Part shown: piece after piece, positions 23,390-35,263 of the stretch
Layout of the letters: each line of letters starts with the position of its first letter
Position numbering within the stretch: position 1 is the first letter of the stretch
Origin: Adineta vaga
Taxonomy: Eukaryota > Animalia > Rotifera
NCBI GenBank assembly: GCA_021613535.1
Contig: CP075494.1
Coordinates: 12,400,001 to 12,464,000, forward strand
Direction: 5' to 3'
DNA: 64,000 bases
Notes under the pieces: generated by a model
What the model saw: only the letters and a program-made list of their open reading frames with translations
What the model was told of the DNA's origin: nothing
Databases searched by the model: none
Position numbers and translations under genes: made by a program

Positions 23390-26300
23390 TTAGCTTTCAC
23401 GGCTATTGTCAGGCATTTGTTTTTTTAAATATTTCATATTTTGCTTTACTGTTTGTTGAAAATTATCACTAACGTAAGTTGACGAAGTATTGCTTGCTCG
23501 CTTGTAAAAACTATATGCAATTCGATGCTGACGATCGCCAATATAATGACAACACAGTCCTATTTCGTTATAAAGTATAGGTAGTAATTCATTCTCCTGT
23601 ATATCAACGTCTTGTCTAAAAATATTACGGGCTTCTCGCAAATAAAATAAAGCTCGTTTGTGATATTCTTTTCTTCTATGTACTGATCCAATAAATATCA
23701 AAACTCTACTCAAGCTAATATGATGAACTGGATTGGAATATCGACGAAAAATAGTCAGAGATTTTTTCAAACTTTTTAAAGCTTTATTAAGCTTGTTATT
23801 CTCCAGATAAGTTTGACCAATATTGCAGTATACATTTGCAAGCACAATATTAGTCTCTTCATTTTCATTTGATAATAAAGAATTTTGTTGTGCAATTTCT
23901 AATACTCGATTACAATGATACATAGCTTTGGTTATGTTGCCTAGAGAAGAGAATGATGCTCCTAAAAAACTATGCAATTTAATCAATACATCAAAGTTCG
24001 ATTTCTTTTGTTGTTGGTGAATATTAAGAGCAAGTTTGTAGTACTTATTTGAAATTTTAAATCGTTTTTGAAATCCTTTTAGTATTCCAAGTTTAGTATA
24101 TGTTTTTGCTATCCGAACGTCGTTTGATGATAGATTCGATGTAAATAGATTACGTGCATTTTTTAAGAAAGTATTTGCTTTTGAATATTGTTTAATTCTA
24201 AAGAATTCTTCTCCAAGAAGATAATAAGCTTCGCCTAGATCAATTGAAGGAGATGGTTCCGCTTTTAAATAGATAGCTACAGCTTTTTTATACCATTTGA
24301 TAGCTTTTTGTGACATTTCTTTATTTGCATATAAAGTGCCTATTTGGCAATATGTGAAGGCAATTTCAATCTTACTCTCGGGTGAAAAGAGTTTATGAAA
24401 TTGTATAGATTTTTTAAAATATTTTTCTGATGCTTTGAATTGATTTTGATCACCATAATTAAGTGCCATTTCCTTATAAGTTTCGAACAATTGTTCACCA
24501 CATTCGGGCAGTAAAAGACATTGGCGTTTGGCCAGATCTTTCAGAATACACAGCGCCTTTTTATGTTGCTTTTTTGCGCGAAAAATTGTTGCTCTTATCG
24601 TATGGGTGATAAACGAAGCCTTAAATTTCAACGGATTTTTGTAACGATGTTGAATTTTCAACGATTTACGGCAATAAATAATAGCTTTTTTATATTGTTC
24701 TATATCACTGTATGCTGTTGCTAAGTTATTGTAGACGATCGATATATTATAATAATCTCGAAATTCACATTGTCTCAGGTGATATAAACATTTTTTGAAA
24801 CATTTCAAGGCTAATCTCGAAAGATGTCTTTTGATATAAAGAAGACCAAGATCAGTGTATATTTGAGATATACGATAGTGATCCAAATTGTGGATTGGCT
24901 TATCTAATAAAACTTTTAACGATTTATAATACTTATCAATAGCATCTGTTGTTTGATCTGCTTCATCGGATATACTACCCATCATTCGATACGTATCAGC
25001 TATATCTGGATGTGAAGGTGGTAATGTTTTTATACGAACTTCAAGTGCTTTGTTTGAATATTTGAGTGCATTTTTATGATCATGCATATCAAAATATACC
25101 GATGCTAGATTATTGTATGTTACAGCAATATCAGGATGATTATTAGGTAAATGGTTTAGTTCAATTTCTAGTGCTTTTTCAAAATTCTTCACAGCTTTCT
25201 TTCTTTTATTGAGTGAACTATATGTATCTCCAATATTGTTATATGTCGTTGCTAATGTTAAATGATAACTAGGAAGAAGTTTCATTTGAATATCTAAAGC
25301 TTTTCTTTCGTATTTTAGGGCAACTTTTCCAGCATCCATATGACTAAGTACTGAACCAAGATTGAGGTAAACTTCGGCAATATTCAAATGGCGCGCAGGT
25401 AATGTTTTTCTAAAAATTTTCATAGCTTTTCGTAAATATGCTTTTGCGATCTTGTATTGTCCGCGATCCGTATAAATAGTACCAATATTATTAAAAGCCA
25501 TGCCAACATCTAGATGATCAACCGGTAATTCCTGAATTAGAAGTTTGTAATATCGTTCGGCTTTATCAAGTTCATGAATCTTGTGAAGATATTCACCTAA
25601 AATAAGTAGAGAAGTTGTTTCACCAATACGATTATAATAGTCATTAAGTAAATATTGTATTTGTTCATCTTGCTCACTACTTAAACTTAGTACTACATGC
25701 CAAAAGTCATCGTTAAATTGTTCACACGATTCGATCTTAAATATAGTACCCATGCTAAACAATACTTCTTCCTCATTTTGATTTGTACTCCATTTCTGAA
25801 TATCTGCAAAAGGTTGCGTTTGTACAGAAATATCAACTATTATCTCGAATAGTACACTCTCAGCAATCGGTCGTAGTGATCCTCCAGAAAAAAATTCGAC
25901 AGCTATTTCTGATGATTTACTCGTTGAAAAAAATGTATTGATAGATATATATTGATTTACGCTTGACTTTATCTTTTGAAATTCCGTTGTCGAAACAAGT
26001 TGACCTCGATAGAACGTTAATGTAGATGATTTTGCGCTAGAGATAAATTGTAAGTGCATATGACGTAGTTGCTTGTAGAGATCGATAATGAAAAATCGGT
26101 AAAGAAAAATGTTATCAATATTTTCCGTTCTTAATGCTTTGTTTACCAGTCGATATACAAAGGAATCACGAGTGTACCATTTCAGAGCAGCATCTCTTGA
26201 ATATGATCGTTCAAATTCATTAATGTTTGATTGTTCAATTAGATTATTTTTATATTGATCGCGCGCTTCAGTTATCATATCTTGTTTAGCACTATTCGAT

Positions 26301-26929
26301 TCTGGTAATCGAACTAAGACTTGTAATAGTATCTGTGACCAGAAAAATGATGGCTTTTCAGTTGAATCCAATGAGTGAGATGTCTGTTCCAAGGTTATAA
26401 TGTTCATAGGCAACTGACTCAAACATAAATAAACATCATCGTGTAAATTGTTATAGAGTAATTTTTCATCGATAAATACACCGCGTATCTTTGGATATTC
26501 CATAGACCAAACTTTATGTGCTTCAATATTTAAGCAAAATATGTATATAGAATATAATTGATCAAGATGATGAAGTAATGGAACAACTTGTTTTCCTACT
26601 TGACCAGAAACAACTAAAAAAATTCGTTCATTTTCAATTGTGCATATATATTGCATACAATCATCTATATTATCGAATATTTTAAGATAATTTACAATGT
26701 TTCGTAATTTTTCAATATGATGATACCGTGCACGATATTGAACATCCAACCATATGATGAGGCAGTCTTCCAGATTTTCCTTTTCGTCATTTAAACAATT
26801 GAATAAGTTGAGATCTTGCTGTTTACTCCTGTTATTTGTTTTATAGTCATTTTTTAATTTTCTTAACTTTTCAGAAGTATCCGGTTTTGATGATGTTTTT
26901 TCCATCAAGCCAATAACATTTTTATCCAT
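23390..26929 (-). CDS. ADP-ribosyltransferase (R-S-E type) + TPR-repeat protein
   Basis: Intronless 1179-aa ORF with an N-terminal WLD alpha/beta domain, FYRGQ / FFSTS / NEEEVLF catalytic motifs, then diverged ~42-aa TPRs (LPNNHPDIAVTYNNLA). Confidence 0.88.
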   Translation of the reverse strand: MDKNVIGLMEKTSSKPDTSEKLRKLKNDYKTNNRSKQQDLNLFNCLNDEKENLEDCLIIWLDVQYRARYHHIEKLRNIVNYLKIFDNIDDCMQYICTIENERIFLVVSGQVGKQVVPLLHHLDQLYSIYIFCLNIEAHKVWSMEYPKIRGVFIDEKLLYNNLHDDVYLCLSQLPMNIITLEQTSHSLDSTEKPSFFWSQILLQVLVRLPESNSAKQDMITEARDQYKNNLIEQSNINEFERSYSRDAALKWYTRDSFVYRLVNKALRTENIDNIFLYRFFIIDLYKQLRHMHLQFISSAKSSTLTFYRGQLVSTTEFQKIKSSVNQYISINTFFSTSKSSEIAVEFFSGGSLRPIAESVLFEIIVDISVQTQPFADIQKWSTNQNEEEVLFSMGTIFKIESCEQFNDDFWHVVLSLSSEQDEQIQYLLNDYYNRIGETTSLLILGEYLHKIHELDKAERYYKLLIQELPVDHLDVGMAFNNIGTIYTDRGQYKIAKAYLRKAMKIFRKTLPARHLNIAEVYLNLGSVLSHMDAGKVALKYERKALDIQMKLLPSYHLTLATTYNNIGDTYSSLNKRKKAVKNFEKALEIELNHLPNNHPDIAVTYNNLASVYFDMHDHKNALKYSNKALEVRIKTLPPSHPDIADTYRMMGSISDEADQTTDAIDKYYKSLKVLLDKPIHNLDHYRISQIYTDLGLLYIKRHLSRLALKCFKKCLYHLRQCEFRDYYNISIVYNNLATAYSDIEQYKKAIIYCRKSLKIQHRYKNPLKFKASFITHTIRATIFRAKKQHKKALCILKDLAKRQCLLLPECGEQLFETYKEMALNYGDQNQFKASEKYFKKSIQFHKLFSPESKIEIAFTYCQIGTLYANKEMSQKAIKWYKKAVAIYLKAEPSPSIDLGEAYYLLGEEFFRIKQYSKANTFLKNARNLFTSNLSSNDVRIAKTYTKLGILKGFQKRFKISNKYYKLALNIHQQQKKSNFDVLIKLHSFLGASFSSLGNITKAMYHCNRVLEIAQQNSLLSNENEETNIVLANVYCNIGQTYLENNKLNKALKSLKKSLTIFRRYSNPVHHISLSRVLIFIGSVHRRKEYHKRALFYLREARNIFRQDVDIQENELLPILYNEIGLCCHYIGDRQHRIAYSFYKRASNTSSTYVSDNFQQTVKQNMKYLKKQMPDNSRES

Positions 26930-28628
26930 AAATGTCTGAAATATCGTCTAAGCAATATTGTAAGAAACGTTCAAAATAGAAATATTTGCTAATTTTTTTA
27001 AGCAACTGACTAAATTTTCTAATCTAATATACTTAAGTTCTATTTCAGTATTTGCTTCAAATATAATCCCGAACTAGTGCAGCGACTACACTTGTTTATT
27101 AGCAAACTCATATTCGATATTAGATTGGATCACAATAACAACATGGATCCAAAAAGCTAATCATGAACAGATAATTGATGTCAAACGTTAAGATAGTTTC
27201 TAGCGAGAGACGTCGTATTCGATGCGAAATGTGCTCGTATCTTCGAGTTTGAATGCATATTTTGAGAGAAATGATCGAAACGTGAAATAAGTGATATTAC
27301 TATTGAATGGTTTATATACAGATAACAGGCATTACACATGGGATTGTAAAGTCAAATAATTTAATTAAGAAAATAAATAAAATTGGGGATAGATTTGATA
27401 TAATACACAAGGATAACAGATGATCTTGCTACGAATCGAGTCATAAAATGCGGTAAAACTCTTTAAGGACTCACCAGAATAGATTCACGAGAGACTTTAT
27501 TCACACGAAGCTCAAAAATGCTTAGATTTCGCTGCAGAAATCGGAACTTTTCAAGTGATATATTAGTTCCGTGTACTAAAACTTCATGCTATTTAAGAAT
27601 AATATGGTCTTAATTATATAAACATGTCTAGCTCATTGAATAATGTTCGTTTTACGCTTTGACACATAATTCAAAAACGTTTATTCAGCAATTTTGAAAG
27701 AATTAATAAAATACTGACGATGTTTCATCGTATAGAATATGAGTTATAAATTTCTCAAAACTATATTTTTTAATATATAAAGAAATCAGTCCATAAAAGT
27801 TTCCATGACTACATCGATTATAAAAGCTCTTTCTTATATTTCGTAGTCGATGAAACCTCTATTGATCGTCATTTACCTGTTTTTGCGTACACGCTCAATA
27901 CTAAAGTAGTATAACTATTCAGTAAAAACGGTTGCTTCAGGAAACATGTGCATATTCAACTTTCAGTCAGCAAACAAGACAAACAGGCATTGGTAATAAA
28001 TTTTTTTTCTTCCTCTATCGTTTCTAACGAAACAAACCGGTTATAAGATTCTGTAGCAAGCTTGTCGACATGAAGTTTTACGATCGATCAGCGGGCAACA
28101 ACACAGAAGAAAAGAAAAACGCATGAATGATCGCTTTTAAACGAAGAACTATTACTCATTGCAGCAAATAAAGAACAATTGCGAGCATCAAAAGGCAAAC
28201 CAATCATGAAAGATGACAAAGGATGAGTGTGTGTGTGAGTAAGTTGGAGTTTTATATGATAACGAATTAGAAAGATGAATAATCTTTTTCCATGGCAGTG
28301 TCATAAAAATGTTCAAAAAAACACATTATAATCATTTAATTAAAATAAGTTTAGCTATACTAAATTTAAGATTGAAGTACAAAGTTGGAAATAATATTAT
28401 TCCAGACAAGTAATACTAGAATTCCGAATAGCAGTCATCATGAATTTTATACGAAATTCTAAGGATTTTCAAGCTATTTTTATATATTCAATATTCAAAA
28501 ATTTCGAAGTATCATAGAATACATTCGTTCCAATCTAATTTTATACAACTGTAGAGCAAAGAAAAATAGAAACCTTTTTAGAAAAATCGAAAAAGTCTTT
28601 GCTTCAGCGATCATTAGGCTTTACATTC

Positions 28629-28686
28629 GTGGGTGTGAGCGTGGGTATTAGATAGATGTAGTACCCACACCCACGTCCACACCCTC
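28629..28686. repeat. G-rich/C-rich inverted repeat of degenerate GTGGGT units
   Basis: gtgggtgtgagcgtgggta ... tacccacacccacgtccacaccc. Confidence 0.6.
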
Positions 28687-28755
28687 AAGAGAATACTTGA
28701 AGACGGATATTTAGCTGCAATAGAGTTAAAACTGACAAAGATGCGTTAGTTGTAC

Positions 28756-28874
28756 GCTTACGGCCATACCACGTTGAATACACCAGTTCTCGTCCGATCA
28801 CTGAAGTTAAGCAACGTCGGGCTCGGTTAGTACTTGGATGGGTGACCGCCTGGGAATACCGAGTGTCGTAAGCT
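28756..28874 (+). rRNA. 5S rRNA (cluster 3, copy 1)
   Basis: Identical to the major type. Confidence 0.98.
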
Positions 28875-29142
28875 TTTTTTTCATTCTTTTTTCTCCTTTT
28901 CACATTTATATCCTGCTAGAACTTTTTCATCTAGATTTTCAATTCAATCTTCACCTTTTGTCGATGACAAGCTGTATCAATCGAAATCAACACCTATCAG
29001 GCGATTATCATTTTAGAATGATATTTTTTGTGTTTTTTAACTACAGACAAACATCGATAGTTTTCAATTGAAATAGACAATAGTCGAAAACGAATATATA
29101 GTTGTGATAAGGTTAAAAGCGACCAATATTCGTTAGTTGTAC

Positions 29143-29261
29143 GCTTACGGCCATACCACGTTGAATACACCAGTTCTCGTCCGATCACTGAAGTTAAGCA
29201 ACGTCGGGCTCGGTTAGTACTTGGATGGGTGACCGCCTGGGAATACCGAGTGTCGTAAGCT
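29143..29261 (+). rRNA. 5S rRNA (cluster 3, copy 2)
   Basis: Identical to the major type. Confidence 0.98.
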
Positions 29262-29531
29262 CTTTTTTTTCATTCTTTTTTCTCCTTTCCACATTTATAT
29301 CCTGCTAGAACTTTTTCATCTAGATTTTCAATTCAATCTTCACCTTTTGTCGATGACAAGCTGTATCAATCGAAATCAACACCTATCAGGCGATTATCAT
29401 TTTAGAATGATATTTTTTGTGTTTTTTAACTACAGACAAACATCGATAGTTTTCAATTGAAATAGACAATAGTCGAAAACGAATATATAGTTGTGATAAG
29501 GTTAAAAGCGACCAATATTCGTTAGTTGTAC

Positions 29532-29650
29532 GCTTACGGCCATACCACGTTGAATACACCAGTTCTCGTCCGATCACTGAAGTTAAGCAACGTCGGGCTC
29601 GGTTAGTACTTGGATGGGTGACCGCCTGGGAATACCGAGTGTCGTAAGCT
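29532..29650 (+). rRNA. 5S rRNA (cluster 3, copy 3)
   Basis: Identical to the major type. Confidence 0.98.
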
Positions 29651-29925
29651 CTTTTTTTTCATTCTTTTTCTTCTTCTCCTTTTCTAATTTATACTGTGAT
29701 ACAACATTTTCATCTGGATTTTTAATTCAATCTTCGCGCTTTGTCCATGCCAAGCTATATTAGTCGAAATCAACAACTATCAGGCGATTATCATTTTAGA
29801 ATGATATTTTTTGTGTTTTTTAACTACAGACTCACATCGATAGTTTTCAATTGAAATAGACAATAGTCGAAAACGAATATATAGTTGTGATAAGGTTAAG
29901 AGCGGCCAATATTCGTTAGTTGTAC

Positions 29926-29998
29926 GCTTACGGCCATACCACGTTGAATACACCAGTTGTCGTCCGATCACGGAAGTGAAGCAACGTCGGGCTTGGTA
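29926..29998 (+). pseudogene. 3'-truncated 5S rRNA pseudogene
   Basis: Matches 5S for only ~72 nt with four substitutions, including box A (agtgaagc); box C and the 3' stem are absent. Confidence 0.9.
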
Positions 29999-30526
29999 AT
30001 CCTTCGGTCAATCACTTCCTGATGATTATTGGTAAGTATTTCCTGTTTCAATAAATACTGATTTCTGATTGGTTAGGACAGACAAACTTTATGTATCTCA
30101 AACCCATGATTTTCACGCTGTATAAGCCTTTCTTTCCGAAAACGGAATATCAATTTTAATTATTATTATTTATTTTTTCAGGTGTAATATTGTCTTCTCT
30201 TATATTAATAAATGTAAAAATATGCGAAAATGATGAAGTCGATTTGAAAATCTATTTGTATTGAGATGCTGCGGGACAGTAATAAAAAAAAATGAAAAAA
30301 ATCTAGGATGTCACAGTTGATGAGCTATTATATATTTGATTCGTTGTCTATGCATTACTGCGTCACAGTTATGCGAAGCTAAAAATCACACATAAAATAC
30401 CTGACTCATTGTATTGACGAAGGAAAAATCACTCGATCATGATGATACGACAGAACGTAAAATATAAAAGCATATTCTTATACAATTTTTCGTATTGCTT
30501 GCTTACATTTTTTTATCGCATTAGAA

Positions 30527-31432
30527 ATGAGTACAAATGCATATAAAAACGTGTTACTAGTTGGTGCTTCTGGCGATGTTGGAAAGAGTATTTTATCCGA
30601 TCTCCTTGCGGATCCGGATTTTAAAGTGAGTGTTCTCTCACGCTCTGATTCAACAGCAAAATTTCCTCCCAATATCAATGTTATCAAGGTTAATTATTCT
30701 GATCAATCAGCTCTTAGTCAATCATTGACTGGTCAAGATATTGTTATATCAACTGTTGGTGGAGAAGCTTTATTGGAAAATTTTGATAAAACTTTGATTG
30801 GAGCAGCTCTTGCAGCAGGTGTCAAATGGTTTATTCCATCAGAGTATGGTTTTGATTTGGACGATCCTGCTGCTTCGTCTATTCCAGTTAATATTCCTCA
30901 ACTTGAGAATGCTGAACTCTTAAAACAAAACCAATCACGTATGGCTTATACATTTATTTCTACCGGTGCATTTTTAGATTGGGGTCTTGATAATAGTTTT
31001 CTATGTTTTGATATTCCTAGTCGTACAGCAACTTTATATGATGAAGGTAAACATACAGTATCAGGCACGGTCCTCAATAATCTGGGTAAAGCTGTCGTTG
31101 CAATTCTTCGTCATCCTGAACTAACGTTAAATCAACGAATTTGTCTTGCTGATACAACATTTACACAACAAGAAATTCTAGCTCTCTTAGAAAAATATAC
31201 AGATACAAAATGGACAGTAAATCATGTGACAACACAAGACACACTGAAACGAGCAGAAGAAGAATGGAAGAAAGGAAATATAAAGGATGGTTATTTTGCA
31301 TTTCTTCTCTCGTTGACATATGGTGGTGCCAACACATGCAATTTTGGATCTAAGATTAAAAATAAAGTTTTAGGATTGAAAGATGTCACACTGGAACAAA
31401 TCGTTAGAGAAGCTGTACAACGAAAAAGCTGA
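30527..31432 (+). CDS. NmrA-like / isoflavone-reductase-family NAD(P)-binding protein
   Basis: Intronless 301 aa with LLVGASGDVGKS Rossmann motif, AGVKWFIPSEYG and TGAFLDW. Confidence 0.9.
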   Translation: MSTNAYKNVLLVGASGDVGKSILSDLLADPDFKVSVLSRSDSTAKFPPNINVIKVNYSDQSALSQSLTGQDIVISTVGGEALLENFDKTLIGAALAAGVKWFIPSEYGFDLDDPAASSIPVNIPQLENAELLKQNQSRMAYTFISTGAFLDWGLDNSFLCFDIPSRTATLYDEGKHTVSGTVLNNLGKAVVAILRHPELTLNQRICLADTTFTQQEILALLEKYTDTKWTVNHVTTQDTLKRAEEEWKKGNIKDGYFAFLLSLTYGGANTCNFGSKIKNKVLGLKDVTLEQIVREAVQRKS

Positions 31433-32220
31433 TCTGTGAACGCTTTCCACTTGTGTTAAATTACTTATATCGTATGTTTGTGAATACCTATCATACTCAA
31501 GTACGCTAGGTGATTTTTTGCTAATTGTCATATCGTTTCAAATATGTATAACTCTTTATTCATAAACATTTAATCATAATAAAAAAAAGTGAAAATTTTT
31601 TATCAGAACTAAAAGTACAAAATGACATGAAATAAACTATGATATCAAGAAATCTTATAAATTACAAGTAGATACAATGAATGCTATGAGTTTTGTTTCT
31701 CATAAGTTGTGATAAAAATTGATCCTAGTATTTCACCGTTCAATAATAAAAAAATCTTCCGTTTCGCCATCACTTAATCCATCGGAACATTGAAAAACAT
31801 GCATTTGACGTTTAACGAAAACATCACCATATTTATTTCCTAGTCATTCATATTAATGTACAATTGTATCATTGGCATTTTTGAATAGGTGGAAATGTTT
31901 GATTAGACGATTGTTGATTTTCGAATGGACACGACCAATAAGTCTATTTCGTTCTTCGACTATTTCTATAGTAGTTAGAATCATATCTATTATATCGAAG
32001 AAGCATCATTTATCTTCCATTTGATCTAGAACATATGTAATTAAGCTCTTTCATTGTATTTCTGTTTTTATTTTATTTTATTTTATTTAAGTATAATACG
32101 TTTACTCGATTAATAATTTATAAAAACAAATTTTTCAATGAATGAGCTCCGTAACTTATCAATTATGATCATTTTATACACGAGCTTCGTATGTTGAAAA
32201 GAAAAAAACGTGCTAGGGTT

Positions 32221-33877
32221 TTATCCGAGAAACTGATACCATCCTAAATGAGTTTGCCGAGGATGTTCAAGCATCTTTTGCCAGTCAGATTGATAACGTG
32301 TATGTTCACCAAGAAGAATCGATGTCGATGACAAGAATGAATTTGTCTTTGAATTTAATTCGATATGAATATAAACAGATTGAATCTTGTTTTGTGGAAT
32401 ATTTTGTGTAATGATATCTTTGATTTCATTATCAATGGTGGAACTATTAAAAATGAACGGAATTTTCTTTTGAAAAAATCGACGTCCTTGATGGAGAAAT
32501 GTCATCGTCAAACGAAGATCTATATCAGAAAGAAGAAGAAGAACATTTTCGAGAATAGATTAATCTACTACTGACCAATTTTCTTTTCTTTTTCTGTTTT
32601 ACAGAAATAACGTATTTTATTAATATGAATAGTAAATCGTTGTGAAGTTGGAAGATAACTTATACCAAGAAAGATCTCTCCAAATGTGATCTATAAGTGA
32701 ATAAAAAAACATGAGTTGGAGTTCGAATAGCATATATTTATATCGAACTTGAGGAGGATTCTGAAATTCAATTATTTTTTTGTGCTTAGGTACCAAAGAT
32801 GGATTCATTGGAATAATTGATTCGAACATTAAATCTTGAATACCAGATCGATCAATACAAAACAATAAAAATCGTAATGATGTCAATGCTAAATCATTTT
32901 TTTCAAATTGTAATTGTACGAATTCATCACAGATTAATGTATCATTTGATGTTCGAGGTAAACTCCTGCAAATAAAATTCAAATCAAATGAAAAAATAAA
33001 GAAAGAGCAAACTTTGTGACTTTTTCTTGTTGCTTTTTCCATGCATTGAATGATAGACTTGATCGACGTTTTTTCCAACTTTCTTGAATTTTATTAAATA
33101 ATTTATTATTTGATAATTGTACACGAATAACATATTCCGCTTGTTCATCAAACGCTGGATGAATAGGAAAATGTTCACCATTGATCAAATGAATATTGAG
33201 GAAATTCTTCACAATATCAAAATCAAGTTCAACTTCTAATTGAGCATATGGTGGTAACGGGTATGTATTGCTGATTGTTGATAATGTACCATTATGTGAA
33301 AAAGATGAACGAACCGATTGAGAACGAACATTTTTCGTATCTAATGATAGTAACTGATCACTACCCTAAATATCAATGAACGAATTAGACAATATATTGC
33401 AAAGACAAATGTACATACAGTCTTGTATAATATACCTTCACTATCCGATACAGTTCCATTGGAATATTTTCGACCTATATTTAAATATGGACTTTTCGCT
33501 AGTTTATCTAAATTTAAGATTTCTTCAGTTTTGCCAATCGATTCGTAACATGGTGGTGGTGGTATTATAAGTAGATTTTTTCCTGATATTGTATTTATCA
33601 AATAATGTTGTTCTTTATCTTGATAAAAATAAATTTATTTGTATTTAAATATTTTACACATACAATAGATCTTACTTGTTTTCTTTTTCACGAAATATTT
33701 TCGTCTTAAGAAAGATCGAGGATAAAGCAGACAGAATAATATACAACCAACGAACGAAACGAAACTTGAAACAATAACTATGATCAATATTCGTTCGAGT
33801 GTTGTAAATGAACGATGGTATGGTAATAAACGGCTGATTTGATCAATATAGTCTTCATTTTTCGTATTGTTAATCAT
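32221..33877 (-). CDS. Synaptotagmin-like single-pass membrane protein with tandem C2 domains, multi-exon
   Basis: N-terminal TM segment (ILIIVIVSSFVSFVGCILFCLL), GEIFLGISYLPTSQRFTI and C-terminal WQKMLEHPRQTHLGWY typical of synaptotagmin C2B ends. Confidence 0.65.
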
Positions 33878-34337
33878 ATCTATACGAATCGTCGAATGCA
33901 GTAATTGCTTTCTTTTTTTATAAGATACTTTTTGTTTCTTCACACTTACGTATACAACTAACAATGACACAGCTGTGTTAGATGGACGCGAAAACACTAT
34001 TTGTGATCAAAAACAACAACGAACTAGTCATTTGCTTTCTTCAATTCAATTCGATAACTATTCACAATATGCGTATCCACGATGTCACAGCTGTAAATCA
34101 GTCGGATGACTAATCCGTACGATCGAATGATTGTCTTTATAAATTGATTCTCTTTTGAAATAAATAATCAATGTCGTTTTTCTTTTAAGAAAAAAAAAAT
34201 TAACCTCGATGAAGAACAAAAAATAGAATCAGCATACACGCACATATTCGTATATACATATATAGAACTGATATTAGAAAAAGAAAAAAAGGAAGTGTTT
34301 GTAATTATCACCAAGAATTTGAATTCATCTGTTTTGT

Positions 34338-35085
34338 TTATGATTCACGTAATTTTGCCAATCGTTGAGAAAGTTCGTCCTAGAAGAAAACAGTAAAACA
34401 AACTAGATGACATACTGGCAAATATAATCCTACTTGTTCTTTCATAGCAACTGAAGTGCTTGTCATCGGAGCAGTTGGTATGTTAAGATTAACTTCAATA
34501 CCTGCTTCATCAGCCATTTCTTGCATAAGTTTCGAAACTAGATCGACTGGTTGTTGAACTGATGTTGCACTTTGCATAGCATCATCCATAACTTTAGTTT
34601 TTACTTCAAGATCTTCAAAATTTTTCTCTAAACTATCCATTAATTTCGATGTTTCAGTCAATGGCATATTTGCTGTTACTTTTGACATTAATGAAACAGT
34701 TTGTTTAAGATTTCCTGCCATCTAAAGAGATGAACAAACAGTTAGAATCAAATGAAATCAAAAATTTACTTGTCGTTGTGCTGCAGAATTCGCAACTCGA
34801 GCTTGAACACCATCAACACGAGCTGCCATTCGTTTACAATTTAATGATTCTGAATGATGTCGAATAGCATTTTCTGCGTGAATTTTCGCAGCTTCAACAT
34901 TTCCTTTCATTAATGCTTTTTTAACTTTATCACGTTCGACTTTTTCCTGTTTATCATGAGTAGCTGCTTGTCGTTCAAGCATTTTTGTTTGCATTTTAAA
35001 TTGAAAAGCTAATTTATCTATTACAACGAAAAATAAATAAGTATTAATCAACAAAATTGAATGTAAAATAGTTCATACCCGACAT
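34338..35085 (-). CDS. CHMP1: ESCRT-III protein CHMP1 (Did2/Vps46), 4 exons
   Basis: AKIHAENAIR, RMAARVDGV, LMQEMADEAG and terminal DELSQRLAKLRES* (MIM motif). Confidence 0.93.
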
Positions 35086-35263
35086 ATCGATGAATTTAAA
35101 TGATTATCAATTAATACGGAAATCTGAAAATATACATAGAAAATGAATATATTATTTATTCTATACTAAAAATTATTATCATCTGACAACACCACTCACA
35201 ACAAAACACAAAACATAAATACATATGTATATGTATATATATATATATCGAAATATTATATGA

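Noticed and set aside
29926-30100. Insertion of a 5S-targeting retrotransposon at the truncated 5S copy
   Set aside because: No reverse transcriptase ORF, no poly(A) tail and no downstream 3' half of the 5S gene.
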